Shown piece by piece: positions 63,703 through 64,000 of a stretch of 64,000 nt of DNA. Position 1 is the stretch's first letter. Every line of letters starts with the position of its first letter. This DNA comes from Bacteroidales bacterium (GTDB taxonomy: Bacteria; Bacteroidota; Bacteroidia; Bacteroidales; WCHB1-69). The notes below the pieces were generated by a model. That model was not told the DNA's origin, made no database searches, and was given only the letters and a program-made list of their open reading frames with translations. The DNA lies in assembly GCA_024400835.1 (NCBI GenBank), contig JAKSMC010000008.1, positions 5,082-69,081 on the forward strand, written 5' to 3'. The translations under genes and the position numbers were made by a program.

Positions 63703-64000
63703 GTCATCCTGCTCCTTGTGGCGCTCAGCTGTTTTTTTTTACCCTGTAAGGCACAAAACTACCACTTCTCACAGTTTTACACCCAGCCTGTCAGTCTCAA
63801 TCCCGCCTTATCAGGAGCCTACGATGGGATAATCAGGGCCACTACTGCCTACCGGTCACAATGGCATTCCGTCACGGTGCCATTTCAGACCTTCGGTATC
63901 GGCGTTGACGGAGCAGTGTACCGGAACAACCGAAGGCAGGAACTCATCGGCCTTGGTGCGTCATTCAATGCAGACAATGCCGGAGACGTCAACTACACAT
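63703..64000 (+). CDS. PorP/SprF-family T9SS membrane protein, N-terminal part (runs off the window), in-frame with rarA and without its own ATG
   Basis: VILLLVALSCFFLPCKAQ is a signal-peptide hydrophobic core. It is followed by NYHFSQFYTQPVSLNPALSGAYDGIIRATTAYRSQWHSVTVPFQTFGIGVDGAVY...GLGASFNADNAGD, which matches the PorP/SprF N-terminal pattern (FSQY...NPA..G......YR.QW). Confidence 0.75.

Noticed and set aside
1-64000. Prophage, integrase, transposase, toxin-antitoxin or restriction-modification/defence genes.
   Set aside because: None of the credible ORFs shows recombinase, transposase, nuclease-methylase or toxin motifs that I can recognise. The only mobile-element-like signals are the repeat structures reported above.

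Overview
This is a Bacteroidales-type chromosomal segment, judged from gene content, T9SS C-terminal sorting domains and Bacteroidetes-style leaders. It has three parts.

(1) Positions 1-12.8 kb are a compositionally mosaic, single-strand RiPP/bacteriocin locus. It holds a C39-peptidase ABC exporter plus a HlyD adaptor. It also holds a 'grasp-with-spasm' maturase set (ATP-grasp plus a SPASM-only protein) with a GG-leader precursor. A second rSAM/SPASM maturase, an S41 peptidase and a second GG-leader precursor follow, along with a truncated paralog of the C39 domain. A four-helix-bundle (23S-rRNA-IVS-protein family) gene is wedged between the exporter genes. The modules are delimited by tandem heptanucleotide arrays (TATTCCC/TATTACC, or GGGAATA/GGTAATA on the other strand). 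One array is translated in-frame inside the ABC transporter. A membrane-anchored LytTR regulator and tRNA-Leu flank the locus.

(2) The housekeeping core contains an M1 aminopeptidase (T9SS cargo), a Cys/Met PLP enzyme, nhaA, an ABC-F ATPase, the secE-nusG-rplKAJL-rpoBC block, trmB and an MsbA-like exporter.

(3) The envelope and surface region contains a 3508-aa SprB-like T9SS adhesin, an OmpA/PD40 protein, mazG, proS, a four-gene envelope operon, udk and tRNA-Gln. It also contains a Ser/Thr-rich secreted protein, a C10 (streptopain-like) T9SS protease and a second four-helix-bundle gene. Finally, rarA has no stop codon and reads in-frame into a PorP/SprF-like gene at the window end.

No CRISPR array, rRNA, integrase or transposase was seen. 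All functional calls come from reading motifs in the translations; no database search was possible.
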